Positions 52,094 through 64,000 of a DNA stretch of 64,000 nt are shown piece after piece. The translations under genes were made by a program, and so were the position numbers. The DNA lies in contig NC_042998.1 in the NCBI RefSeq assembly GCF_006345805.1, forward strand, positions 155,930,001 through 155,994,000, in the 5' to 3' direction. The notes under the pieces were generated by a model. The model was not told where the DNA came from. It ran no database searches and saw nothing but the letters and a program-made list of their open reading frames with translations. The stretch is from Octopus sinensis (lineage: Eukaryota). How positions within the stretch are numbered: position 1 is the first letter of the stretch; each line of letters begins with the position of its first letter.

Positions 52094-53620
52094 GGAGAGA
52101 GAAAGAGAGAGTGGGAGAGAGAGATTGAGGGAGAGTGCAGGAGAGAGAGAGAAAATCCAGAGTTGTACTTATCTTGATAAAGGACTTGATTTGAGATTTA
52201 TGAATTGTAGCTGAAACTAATTATGGTATCGTGGAAGAGAAGAGTCATTTTAACCATCTATATGAAACACATAAAGACTGTTATATTCAGCTTCCATTTT
52301 ATTTCTTAACAGTAATCGTAGTGTCAAAGTTTCATCGTACTTTTGCAACCTGGTCCCTGACACATCGTATCGTATCCCATCATCATTGCATTGCAACCAG
52401 TTTTTTGACCGAAGCAAAGAACTATGTTTCCAATATTTTTTCACTTGCTGATAATATCTGTCCTAATTTCAAACAAAAATGCTACTACAAGAGACTGGAT
52501 GTAAATTTATTAAGTATGGAGAAGAAAACGCTTTGACTGGTACTTTATTTATCGATCCTGAAAGGCGGAAAGACAAAGTTTGACTTCATTGGAATTTGAA
52601 CTCATGGCGCAGTGAGTGAGAACATATACTGCAAAACATTCTATTCGATGCCTTAACGACTCCTCCACTGCATCACTAATGCAGTTCTACTGCATGTTGC
52701 TAATCTATTACTAATGAGTTTTAAACATATCTGAAAGGGTTTTCTTTTTGTATAATTTTGTTTGGTTCTTTTTTTGTATTGTTTTTAGATTCAGTTTTAA
52801 CCACTTCAGTGTAATATAGGGAGTAACTTTTTAGTGGTGATGGTAGTTTGGGAGAAGGAAAGTTGTCTTTTGTGTGTGACTGAAACTATCTTTTTACCTT
52901 TTTAGATTTGGCCCTGTGAGTCTTTTATTGTTAATTTTAAATTTGGATTTGTGTGTGTTTTGTCACTATCAAATTCAAATCCTCTTTGTTTTTCTTGAAA
53001 TGTGACTTTACTTGAAAATAGGTGAGGGTGGTGATAGGAAAAAAATATCTCGCCGTAGTGAAATCTGGACAAGCTCCGTTTAAAACATGCAAACTGAAAA
53101 AAGTGGACGATCATATTTTATTTAATTAATTATATTTATTAATAGTATATTTGGTTAATGTTAAACATTAACCGTATATTTTTCTCATGTGGGTGTGTTT
53201 TGAACTAATGAAGGCACCATTTGTTATGTATTTAATAATTGTCTTACTCTCTTCTAAGTCCAGGAGTAAACAAATTAAAATGTTTTCAATGACTGGTGTG
53301 TTCTTAAATCATTGAAAAACGACACAGAAATAGGCACTATTAAAAAGTATTAACCTTATTATAACACCCAAGGATCAAGAGTGTTTCACATACATACAAG
53401 GACTGACACTCATATGTATTACATAACATTACATCGTTGGAATTGTAATTTAGGGTGGAATATTACATAGGAAACTGGATCTACAAATCAACTTGTGAAA
53501 TGCCAGTTGTAAAAATAGGCAACGAACAAACGTCAATATAAGCAACAATAGTTTTTTAATATTTTATTTGAACACCAAAAGGATATTCCAACATAGAACT
53601 GGGTGTGACAAATATACGTG

Positions 53621-53651
<31 letters not shown>

Positions 53652-54623
53652 TAAAAATATATTTAAATGAATAATAGTATCAACTGACGATAATGAATCA
53701 TGATCTAGAATATTCAGAGGAGGTCCCAATTAAAGAGAAAACACCCCTCTTACAATAATAACAAACTTTCTGGTTAGACGACTACAACTGGTTTCGTTAC
53801 CTACGTCATTATGTAACAAGATATTGTTGGATGGGGTGGGTGAGAGAATTGTGAGCGGTGATAGTAGAAATGCCTGTAAAGCAGAAGACGGCAACAAGAT
53901 ATAAGTGGTCTGTGTGGGTAAAGGGGTATTACACGACATATAATAATAGGTCTTTAAAAATGTCTGTCCTGATAACAGTTAGCATTTAAATACGTTTATT
54001 TATTTATCAGATTATCAATTACGTTGATATTTTACGCCATGCCAAAAATTCTCGTAAAAGAGCCAAGCCTTTATAGTGGAATTACATGCTGCTAAATATT
54101 ACTAGAAGAATTTGTGTGTGTGTATTCTTGTGTATATATGTTCTTGTGTATGCGTACATATATTCTTTCATTCTTTTACTTGTTTCAGTTAGTGGACAGC
54201 TGCCATGCTAGGGATCACCCTGAAGGGATCAGTCAAACAAATCGACCTCAGTACTTATTTTAAGTCTGGTACTTATTTTATCGGTTTCTTTTTGCCAAAT
54301 CGTTAAGTTACCGAGATGTAAGCAAACCAACACTAATTGTCAAGAGGTGAGCAAACAAGCACAGATGCACCTATGTGAGAAGCTACCACACAATTTCTAT
54401 TTAATAAATTCGCTTACAAGGTTATGGAAGAAGACTTGCTCAAGGTTCACATTTTGGGAAATTGAAACTACAAGACTGTGAAGGGAACTTCTCAGCCACA
54501 CAGCCATACCTTGATAATTTCATTTATAAAATGCTTAATAATTCAAGTAGTTTTATGTTGAGTAAAATGAAGTAAAAAAGAAGTTGAAATCAACCAAATA
54601 AGAGATCAGACTTGATATAAGAA

Positions 54624-55277
54624 TATGAAAACTAACATTTCATTTTCTGAGCTGAGATTCGAAACTGAATCTAAGGATTCTTGTTCACTTGATCCACCAC
54701 TGGCTGAACAGGCACGAAAGAAGTTTCTTTGTCCTGTCAAAAAGTGATGGATGGATTTCCATCCAACCTCCAGCCTATGGTATGTCTGTTCTAGCTAGGA
54801 TGACCATTATGAATACAGTCAGACACACGACAGAAGAGCAGACAGCCAGCAACAGGCAAGCAGTTGAGAGACAGCAGACAGCTTGCAACAGTCAAGCAGC
54901 CAACAGAGAGCCACATGTTCAGCATGAATGACACAACACAGTAGCAGTTGCACAACACAAATAGATAGGACAGAAAGAAAACACAACCTGACCGAATGAC
55001 CAACGCATACACAGACACAAAACATGTTGGTTGTACCTCATCACATTGACATAATATTTCTCTTGTTCATTTTTACTTCACCAACTTGAAGCAGTTGGTA
55101 ACTTCATGTAGCAGCCTTCCTTTGTATTGTGTATCAAATATGAAAATGCGAGTGTAGATTAAATATATTATTTAAATTACAATTCGATGCTTTCCTCATT
55201 GTTTTACTATGATGTCATCAACATGCCTATATTCACCTGCTACATCAACAACACCTTTCGCTATACATCTCGCTATA
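54624..55277 (+). mobile_element. Solo LTR of the family at 5063-5747
   Basis: Full-length homology in the opposite orientation; ends TATG..TATA (decayed TGTG..TACA); candidate 4-bp TSD AGAA at 54620-54623 and 55278-55281. Confidence 0.6.
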
Positions 55278-55714
55278 AGAACATTAAAATTAATTAAAAA
55301 TAGTTTAAAATGTAATACTTGTGATAACAACATCATAAATCATACAATTTGAAATAGTATTCCTAAACTAGAACATATATATCTATATCCCACTCTCTTA
55401 TTGCACTCTTGTAAATTTCCTGCCTACTCATTCTCTCTAGTACTCTGTGCCACTTCACTTGTATTTACCTTGCTATACTTTGAGGGTAGCCCTGACACAT
55501 TTTCACCATTTTCTCTCTCTTCTTTCTGTTGAGGGTAGCCATGTATCTCTTCTACAGCAAGACACCTGTCCCTCTATCATACTTTAATCTCTCATCACCT
55601 GGCACCAAGCAACTTCCCTCAATAATACTTAGTTAAGGGGTATTTGTCTTGCAAGTTACTTGGTGACCTCACTGGTGCTGGTGCTGCATAACAACATTTG
55701 GGCTTTTCATTGGA

Positions 55715-56700
55715 TGCTTGATAAGATCTGAGTTGATGTGAAAACCTGGAAGATACTGACCAGCATAAACAATTTTCATATCAAAAGTGATGTAGACAGC
55801 CTCTACTTGAAGCAAAAACAAGGAGGAAAAATTTAACATCAGTCCAGACTGCTTTTGAATGTCATAATTTATCTTTTCACCACCAAGTGTCAAAAGGCCT
55901 CCTTTGACCAGTTTGCTTACATGAGGTAGATAACATCATGAAACTTGGAAAACTGCTCCTTGAGCAATATTCCTTGTCTGAAAACCTTGAATACATGTCC
56001 AAAGATGTTGCATGACTCTGCTGCAACATATCATTAAATAAAAGGATGTATGTATATTAACAGAAGAACATGTATGGATATGTCAGCAGAAAGCTCCAGG
56101 ATAATCAAAGCAGTCTATCATGGATTGACAGCCAGACTAACTCTCATTTTGAAGGGTATGCATTTTCAATCCAGGAATAGGAAACAACACCAAATACCTG
56201 AAGTACAAAAGGCACAGAAACACAGGTAAAACATCAAAATGTGATAACTGATGCAGATTTTGTGGAGTTAACACTGAATATATCACCCACATCATAAGCA
56301 GTTGTCCAAAAATGTCATCATGTTATCTAATGATGAGACCTGATGTTGTAGCCAGGACACTGTATAATGAGATCTGTTGGAAGAGTAATCCTTAACCCAA
56401 AGAAATAAGAAGCCATAGTATAGTAGAGTCCATAGCCACTCATAATATGGAAGAGTACTGGTGGAATGTCCAGTGAAAACCTCAATAATATGTAAGCATA
56501 GTGATTTGAGACAGAGAAGAGAAGTTATGTACATCAGAGAAAATCAATTACCCAGTGGGTGTCAACATAAAGCTAAAGATCAGCAAAAAAGAAAATACTT
56601 ATGTTGAACTACTGAGAAATTTACTACTACTTTATCTGGATTAAGAGTTCAGTTTTATACCTGTAATTGTTAGGGCCCTGGGGTGTAACAGGAAGGATCA
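55715..56700 (+). mobile_element. R4/Dong-like non-LTR retrotransposon 3' remnant (CCHC knuckle plus restriction-like endonuclease region)
   Basis: CRFCGVNTEYITHIISSCPKMSS..DVVARTLY..EYWWNV; ends near an (ATC)n tract; many stops. Confidence 0.7.
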
Positions 56701-57089
56701 TCATCACTAGCACCACCAGTATCATCATCATCATCACTAGCACCACCAGTATCATCATCATCATCATCACCACCACCACCACCACAATCAGCATCATCAT
56801 TATTATCATCATCATCATCATTATTAAGGTGGTGGGTTGTCAGAGCCATTACCATGCCGGGAAAAATGCTTAACAGCAATTGGTCTGTCTTTACATTCTG
56901 AGTTCAAATTCCGCTCAGGTCAACTTAGCCTTCCATCCCTTCAGAGTTGATAAAATAAGTACCAGTGGAGCGCTGGGGTTGATGTAATTGACTTACCCCT
57001 ACCCTTGAACTTTCTGGCCATGAACCAAAATTTGAAACCCTTATCATTATCATTATTAACCATTTCCACCATTCCCAAATGAAGAGTTA

Positions 57090-57720
57090 ATAGTATTGAG
57101 GGCGATGATGACAATAATATGCAGTTTAATGCTGGAAAATTCCAAGCCCAACACTATTAGCAGCCTAAGTTAAATGTAATGCAGACAAAAACACTAGACC
57201 TGGAGGGATTGCAATTCCAGAATCACAGTCATTGTGTGACTAGACATTGATGTAATTATGCATCTTTCCATGTGCATATTACTAAGTTGGCAATGAAATG
57301 CAGGCAGCTGACTAGATGGATTCTTAGAACTTCCAGAATAAGAGAGCAGAAAACCATGATGCTCTCTGGAGGACTTTTGTCCTAAGCTGTTTTGACTATT
57401 ACTCTCAAATATGGTCATGACATAGTGTGAAATTAATAGTGGAACTTAAAGCACTCCAGTGAAGTGACATAAAAATAGCCTCAATGCAGCAAATTAGCTA
57501 TTGGGAAAGATTCAAGAAGTTAAAACTTTACTCTCTGGAGTGAAGGCGGGAAAGATATGTAGCAATATACATCTCAAAGGGCTTGTCCTAAACTTTGGTG
57601 TTCAAAGTTATACAAATGCCAGAACTGGGTGTCATTGCATAGTATCAAAAAAATCCCTCCCCTGCCATCAAAACACAGGACCAGATACTGCAATAGCTTT
57701 GGATTCAAGGGCTCACAGAA
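57090..57720 (+). mobile_element. CR1/L2-like LINE 3' remnant
   Basis: NMQFNAGKFQ and SYWERFKKLKLYSLE*RRERY pieces. Confidence 0.6.
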
Positions 57721-59426
57721 TGAGTAACAGACTTAAAAAGAAAGTACTGTGGTACTCCAGTATGGCTGCAGTCCAATGGATGAAACAAATAAAAGCTAAC
57801 AGAAATGATATATATCTAATTTTTATTTCTATATGTATGTGGAATGCTGCACCTGAGGTAACCTCTATGCATCACCAATCTCTTCTGTACAGGGTTCTAC
57901 TCTGATCTTTGGAACTGTGTTACAGTGTGTTCCATCTCTATGGAAAGCACATCTATGACTCTATTGAATTCATTTTAATATAATGGATACAGTCATTAAT
58001 AACCATCAGTACTACTTCTGCAACACCAGATCTACTGCAACCTACTCTTCTTTGTCACCCAACAGTAAGCCTGGGAGAATTAGTGAATGTAATTTCACCC
58101 TCATCGTCAGGAATGCTTTCACTAATGTCTGGTGTGTGAATCTCCTACTGAAACTTTCTGACTATGAACAACTCTATCGATTTCTACTCTTGGATAAGCA
58201 ACTTCCAACTTGATTTCACTATTACTGCATTTGTTGATGGAGTCTTTGCTGCCTCTCATTCTATCATCTCTGGCATAGCTCAGAGTTTGGTTTGCCACCC
58301 CATCCAACAACACCTAGCTCTTACGCAGGTGACACTACTCTTAATTTCTGCCTAACATTTTCCAACCACTTGCAACCTAGGCATCATACACCAACTCCCT
58401 GAACAGAAATCTCAAAAGCATCCTTCAGAGAGATTATGCCAACCTTGTCTCTTTTGACAGTGAGTAAACAAAAATGTTACTCATAACAAGAAAATATCAT
58501 AACACAAATCCCAGTAATCATGACTAGACCTCAGCTACAATCCTCAAAATTGTTCAGATTGTTAGGTTTCATTATCACCAAAGGTCTATTCCTGATGAAA
58601 GCATATCCTTAACATAAGTTAGGATTGCATCTCTATGACCAAGCTCTACTAGGTTAGAAGATTCTTCAAACCCATAACAATTATTGATTCTACAAATCTC
58701 TGGTGAGGATTATAATGGATGATTACAGTACAGTTGCTGCATATACAGACATGCTAGACAACATCTAGGAAAGGCTCATCCAAATGATTAGCATAAAGTC
58801 ATTTACAAACATGATCTGCCCCCTGGCCCAGAGATGAACTGTCTTTCCTTTCTACCTTTTCTCCAATATTAATAATGGCCTCTACTCCTTGGCTAGGTTC
58901 ATGTTACCTCCACTAGGCATTCCTGTCCCATTTGTTTCTCCTCCTTCAATCATTCTTCTCTTTAACCTTCTAGGCCTTGTACTAATCATTCCCTCAGTCC
59001 CTCCCACTTAGAATGTCAATCCCACCAAATTTTACCTTTCCTAAAAGGATTGACTTTCATATGTTCAATAGGAATATTAATAGTATCAATGTCGCTACTT
59101 CTGCCCACCCACTACTCAGCAAATACACATATACATATATGTATAGAGTTTTACACATACACGCATGTGCACACATATACATGTGCACACACACACACAC
59201 ACACATGTATATAATCTTTAACTCTTTTCAGTCATTGAACTGTGGCCATGCTGGGGCACTGCCTTGAAGGGTTTTAGTTAACTGGATTAAACCTAGTACT
59301 ATTGGTATTTTATGTCATACCACTAAGTTGTCAAGTGGAGGTGGGGCACAAACACACATTCATGCATACATAAATAGTTACACACAGGCACATACATATA
59401 CATACATATATATCTATATATGTGTA

Positions 59427-59471
<45 letters not shown>

Positions 59472-59482
59472 ATATATATGTA

Positions 59483-59520
<38 letters not shown>

Positions 59521-59525
<5 letters not shown>

Positions 59526-59898
59526 TCAATTCTAACGTTTTTTTTTAAAAAACACTCATTATCGTTTTATTTACCATGTAGGCAGTCATCGAAATTTTTG
59601 TTTGTCTTGTTGTCGAGAGAGGCTCCCTTTCTTTCCTGATGAAAAGATTGCATAATGCACCCTTTATTCCTTTGGAATGAAAACATGTTGTCTTCGAAAC
59701 AGATGTCGAGAGTAAAGGAATTTTGTTAACATCTTCGTTCGACTCCATTCTTTCATTTATTCATATACAACACACAAATTTCTGCACATGAACCCTTGGA
59801 CAGGTTGCTTCAACCATGTTTCTGACGTGAATTTGCTACCCATGTTTCGGTTAAACGAATTTTCCATGCTGACGATAAACATAGGATAATTCGTTCAC

Positions 59899-59943
<45 letters not shown>

Positions 59944-59964
59944 ATATGTGTGTATATATATGTA

Positions 59965-60007
<43 letters not shown>

Positions 60008-60380
60008 TCAATTCTAACGTTTTTTTTTAAAAAACACTCATTATCGTTTTATTTACCATGTAGGCAGTCATCGAAATTTTTGTTTGTCTTGTTGTCGAGA
60101 GAGGCTCCCTTTCTTTCCTGATGAAAAGATTGCATAATGCACCCTTTATTCCTTTGGAATGAAAACATGTTGTCTTCGAAACAGATGTCGAGAGTAAAGG
60201 AATTTTGTTAACATCTTCGTTCGACTCCATTCTTTCATTTATTCATATACAACACACAAATTTCTGCACATGAACCCTTGGACAGGTTGCTTCAACCATG
60301 TTTCTGACGTGAATTTGCTACCCATGTTTCGGTTAAACGAATTTTCCATGCTGACGATAAACATAGGATAATTCGTTCAC

Positions 60381-60386
<6 letters not shown>
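59521..60386 (+). repeat. Two apparently identical head-to-tail units (period 482 bp) separated by (TA)n, each with a hammerhead motif
   Basis: 59521-59904 matches 60003-60386; the ORF track lists identical peptides at 59545-59748 and 60027-60230. Confidence 0.9.
59626..59718 (+). ncRNA. Type I hammerhead motif with enlarged stem II (second copy 60108-60200)
   Basis: CCUUU-CUUUC-CUGAUGA-AAAGA...UCUUC-GAAAC-AGAU-GUC-GAGAG-UAAAGG; predicted cuts after 59707 and 60189. Confidence 0.6.
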
Positions 60387-60425
<39 letters not shown>

Positions 60426-60680
60426 ATGTATATATATATGTGTGTGTGTGTATGCATGGATCAATGATTAAAGCATGAGGCTCACAATCTTATGAGATAG
60501 TGAGTTCGATTCCTGGACAAGGTTGCGTGTGCATGGGTTACTGCTGGTCTTCCATAAACAGCCTTGCCTGAACTTGTACCTTGAGGGGTAACTTTCTAGG
60601 TGCAATCTCAAGGTCATTCATGATCAAAGCGGCTGGAGAGGAGCTTTATCATTTTTATATGAATGCACACACACACACAG

Positions 60681-62587
60681 ACTGGTAGTTAGTGACTTTA
60701 GGATCAGGACTAAGAGGATGACCAGAAGACGACCAACATGGAGAAGAAGGGTCTGGAAGCTTAAAGATCCTGCGAATGGACAGAGATTTAGAGACATATT
60801 ACTTGAAGCCTTTGGCAAAATAGAAGGGGATATAGCTTCACATGGGGTAGAAGACAACTGGAGGTTTCTAAGGGACAACCTGCTGAGAACCACTGACCAG
60901 ATCTATGGTTGGTGCAAAGTCCCCTCAAGATCCAAAATAACGTGGTGGTGGAACAATGTTGTTGACAGGGCTATTAGACAAAAGAAACAGGCTTGGAAGG
61001 ACTGGAAGAACGGTGGTAGCAGGGAAGTGTATCAGACTGCCAGAAGGGAAGCTAGGAGGCAGGTGTATTTAGCCAGAGGGGAAGCAGATAAGAAAAAATT
61101 TGCCAATGTTCTGCGCCGTGAGGATGAAAGACTTGAGGTATTTCGTGTTGCAAGACAGTGTGTGAGAGAGAATCATGATGTGGTAGGAGAGAAATGTGTC
61201 CGCATGGATGATGGTTCACTTGCGCTAAATGATGATTCAAAGAGAGAGGTTTGGAGATGCCACTATGAAAGGTTGCTGAATAAAGAAAATGAATGGGATA
61301 AAGAGAGTCTGCCGAATGTCGACCCAACAGAGGGACCAGCTATCTGAGTTGACAGTTCCTTGATAGTTAAGGCAATTAGAAGCATGAAGACAGGGAAAGC
61401 CCCAGGCCCATCAGGAATTACTGCAGAGATGCTCAAAATATCTGGTAGTGTCGGATATAGCCTAGTCACCCGTATAGTTAACCAAGTGATACACGAAGGA
61501 GTCATTCCCAATGACTGGTGTAGCAGCATAATAGTCAACTGCTACAAAGGTAAAGGTGACGCCCTAGATACAAATAACTACAGGGGTATCAAGCTGTTGG
61601 ATCAGGTAATGAAGGTTATGGAGAGGGTCATAGCCCAACTAATTAGAGAGTTAGTTTAGATGAGATGCAGTTTGGGTTCGTGCCAGGGAAGAGTACCACT
61701 GATGCTATATTCCTGGTAAGACAGCTGCAGGAGAAATACCTAGCCAAAGATAAGCTCCTGTACCTGGCTTTTGTTGACATGGAGAAAGCCTTCGACCGGG
61801 TCCCCTGATCCCTTATCTGGTGGTCAATGAGGAAACTAGGGATAGATGAATGGTTAGTGAGAGCCATGCAAGCCATGTACAGGGATGCTGCTAGTAAGGT
61901 GGGGGTTGGCAATGAGTACAGTGAAGAATTCCGGGTAGAGGTTGGGGTCCACCAAGGTTCAGTCCTCAGTCCCCTCCTATTTATCATAGTCCTCCAGGCA
62001 ATAACGGAGGAATTCAAGACAGGATGCCCCTGGGAGCTCCTCTATGCTGATGACCTTGCTCTAATTGCTGAGTCACTATCAGAACTGGAGGAGAAGTTTC
62101 AGGTGTGGAAGCAAGGATTAGAATCGAAGGGCCTTAGAGTCAACCTAGCTAAAACCAAAGTCCTAATAAGTAGAAAGGTAGACAAATCACAAACGCCTTC
62201 AGGTAGATGGCCCTGCTCGATCTGTAGAAAAGGCATAAGATGCACCAAGTGTAAGCTATGGACACATAAGAGGTGCAGCAATGTCAAAGGAAGGCTAACT
62301 AGGAAAATAGTTTTTGTATGTGGCAGATGCTCAGGAGCAATAAACACTGAAAATGTGCAGAGACCAACTTCCACCACATTCCAGGGAGAAAAACTAGAAA
62401 TAGTTGATAGCTTCCGTTACCTAGGTGACCAAGTCAGTAGCGGGTGTGCTGAAAGTGTAACTGCTAGAGTAAGAATAGCCTGGGCAAAGTTCAGAGAGCT
62501 CTTACCTCTGCTGGTGACGAAAGGCCTCTCGCTCAGAGTAAAAGGCAGACTGTATGATGCATGTGTACGAACAGCCATGCTACATGG
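60681..62587 (+). mobile_element. RTE-clade LINE, best preserved copy (RT pseudogene with PHD-like finger), truncated at both ends
   Basis: ORFs 60718-61347, 61360-61659 and 61827-62660: GKAPGPSGI, NYRGIKLL, FVDMEKAFDRV, GVHQGSVLSPLLF, LLYADDLAL, FRYLG; two in-frame stops and a frameshift seen. Confidence 0.95.
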
Positions 62588-63133
62588 CTCCTATCTTTCA
62601 GGAAGTCATGTAACCACTCTTCAAGTTTTCCAGCTATGCCAAGGTCATATCATACCATGATCCACCTTGTCCAAAGCTTTTGCAAAATCAAGGTATATTA
62701 AGTCCACATTTGATTTATATATATATAAATGTATGTATATTAATGGGTATCTATATACCTAAATTATATATATATGTATGTGTATTTCTACATGCACATA
62801 CATATATACTTTTACACATATGCATAATTGGTAAGGAAAGACACATGTATACCTTACGGTACCCTTTAATTCCTCTTAGCAAATTATACATTTGTCCAAT
62901 AACTATTAATATTCATGAATTATGTATCAACACACAAACACACACACATACTTACAATATCTTTGTGAGTGTGTGTGTATGCAGTAAATATATATATATA
63001 TATATATGTACCTTTATTGGTTTTTGTATTTATATTCGTGTGGCATCGTCCGTTTTTCTGTCCTTGTTTCGTATACATTCAATCCTTTTTCCAGAAATCT
63101 AATGCTCGTAGCTTGGTTTTCCCTTGGGGCTGG

Positions 63134-63209
63134 CCGGATCGGAGCGATCTCAAGATTAATCAGCCAAAATTGCGCGGATGATCCGGTTCTTGACTGAAGA
63201 TTGAAGGCT
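63134..63209 (+). ncRNA. Putative non-circularly permuted hammerhead motif (family 3, in a TA-flanked element at about 63008-63285)
   Basis: CCGGAUC-GGA-GCGAU-C-UCAAGA-UUAAUCAGCC-AAA-AUUGC-GCGGAU-GAUCCGG-U-UCUUGA-CUGAAGA-UUGAAGGCU; G12 appears mutated to A. Confidence 0.45.
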
Positions 63210-63314
63210 TCGAATGTCCTGTCCGTGTTTTTTGTATCGTCTTCTAAATGTTTTGCGTTCTTGTCCCAGTTTGTATTTTTTTACATATACATATATATAT
63301 ATATATAATATAAT

Positions 63315-64000
63315 GAAATTATTGTATACAGTGCTCAGGCTCAGGTGCACCACAACTTGTCAAAAGTGCATAAAAAGCATATGCAGTAATGTACTATTGT
63401 CTGGAAAGTGAACAGTGTATGAGTCAGATACATTCTTGCATGTGTATGGAGGGGAGAAAATCAGGTGTAGTGTTGGCAAATCTCAGGAAGCATGGAAGTT
63501 TTGAAGGATGCAGTGCTCCGACAACTAACAACTGATGCCGGCAGTTTGTTCCATACTTCAGCAACTCTTAGTTTGAAAAAATGTTTCCGAAAGTCATGGG
63601 AGCTGTGCTGTTTTCTGACTTTGTAAACATGTCCACAGGTGTAAGACAGGTGGAGTTTGAAAAGGTGCTCAGAGTTATTGTTTGTAAGATGGTTAATAAT
63701 TTTATGGGTGTCTGCCAAGTCAGCTGCCAGATGTCGGAGTTTTCAATGTATCCATGCATAGGGAAGTAAGGCATTCAGAATATGGCAAATGCCTGATGGA
63801 GGGTATTCTCTTGGTTGCACATTGCTGAACGGTTTCCAGATTATTAATATCCTGGGCAAGATAGGGGTTCCAGACCGGTGATGCAAATTCCAGGTGAGGT
63901 CGCACCATAGCTATATAAAGCTGCAGATAGATAGCCGGAGAGCGGCTCACAAAGGACTTGGTGAGTGATGCCAAGACACCCTCAGCCTTCTTGGCAATTT
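63315..64000 (-). mobile_element. CR1-like LINE 3' end
   Basis: LYIAMVRPHLEFASPVWNPYLAQDINNLETVQQCATKRIP, RKHFFKLRVAEVWNKLPASVV; 3' tail gtgcacctgagc..cactgta..caata also seen alone at about 39325-39370(+). Confidence 0.9.

Noticed and set aside
52890-52925. Micro-exon-like acceptor and donor (tttttag ATTTGGCCCT gtgagt)
   Set aside because: Ten nucleotides, not frame-preserving, and expected by chance in AT-rich DNA.
56627-56879. Acidic or Met/Ile-rich ORFs
   Set aside because: They derive from an (ATC)n/(ACC)n trinucleotide tract.
60718-62660. Active LINE or host reverse transcriptase gene
   Set aside because: In-frame stops, a frameshift, no endonuclease domain and no 3' end.

Overview
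AT-rich, microsatellite-laden animal DNA. The repeat repertoire (many RTE LINE copies, recurrent short SINE-like repeats, long (TA)n/(CA)n tracts) suggests an Octopus/cephalopod genome; this is an inference. There is no intact protein-coding gene. The window looks like a large intron or intergenic region with one good exon candidate (13394-13462, +) and one weaker one (20270-20353, -). Most of it is decayed mobile DNA: RTE, CR1-like and R4-like LINEs, three Ty3/Gypsy pol remnants (one with its 3' LTR, plus a solo LTR), two Penelope-like elements (PLEs), Tc1/mariner, piggyBac and hAT remnants or MITEs, and fold-back elements with GG..CC ends and 8-bp TSDs. The most striking content is non-coding RNA structure: several unrelated hammerhead-ribozyme motifs. 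These include an A3-U8 core variant, retrozyme-like tandem units, and a motif shared by three divergent (TA)n-associated repeat families. In that last motif the three hammerhead strands are in a non-circularly permuted order (NUH strand, then GAAA strand, then CUGANGA strand), and the helices differ in sequence between families but still pair. All structures were read by eye; boundaries of decayed elements are approximate.
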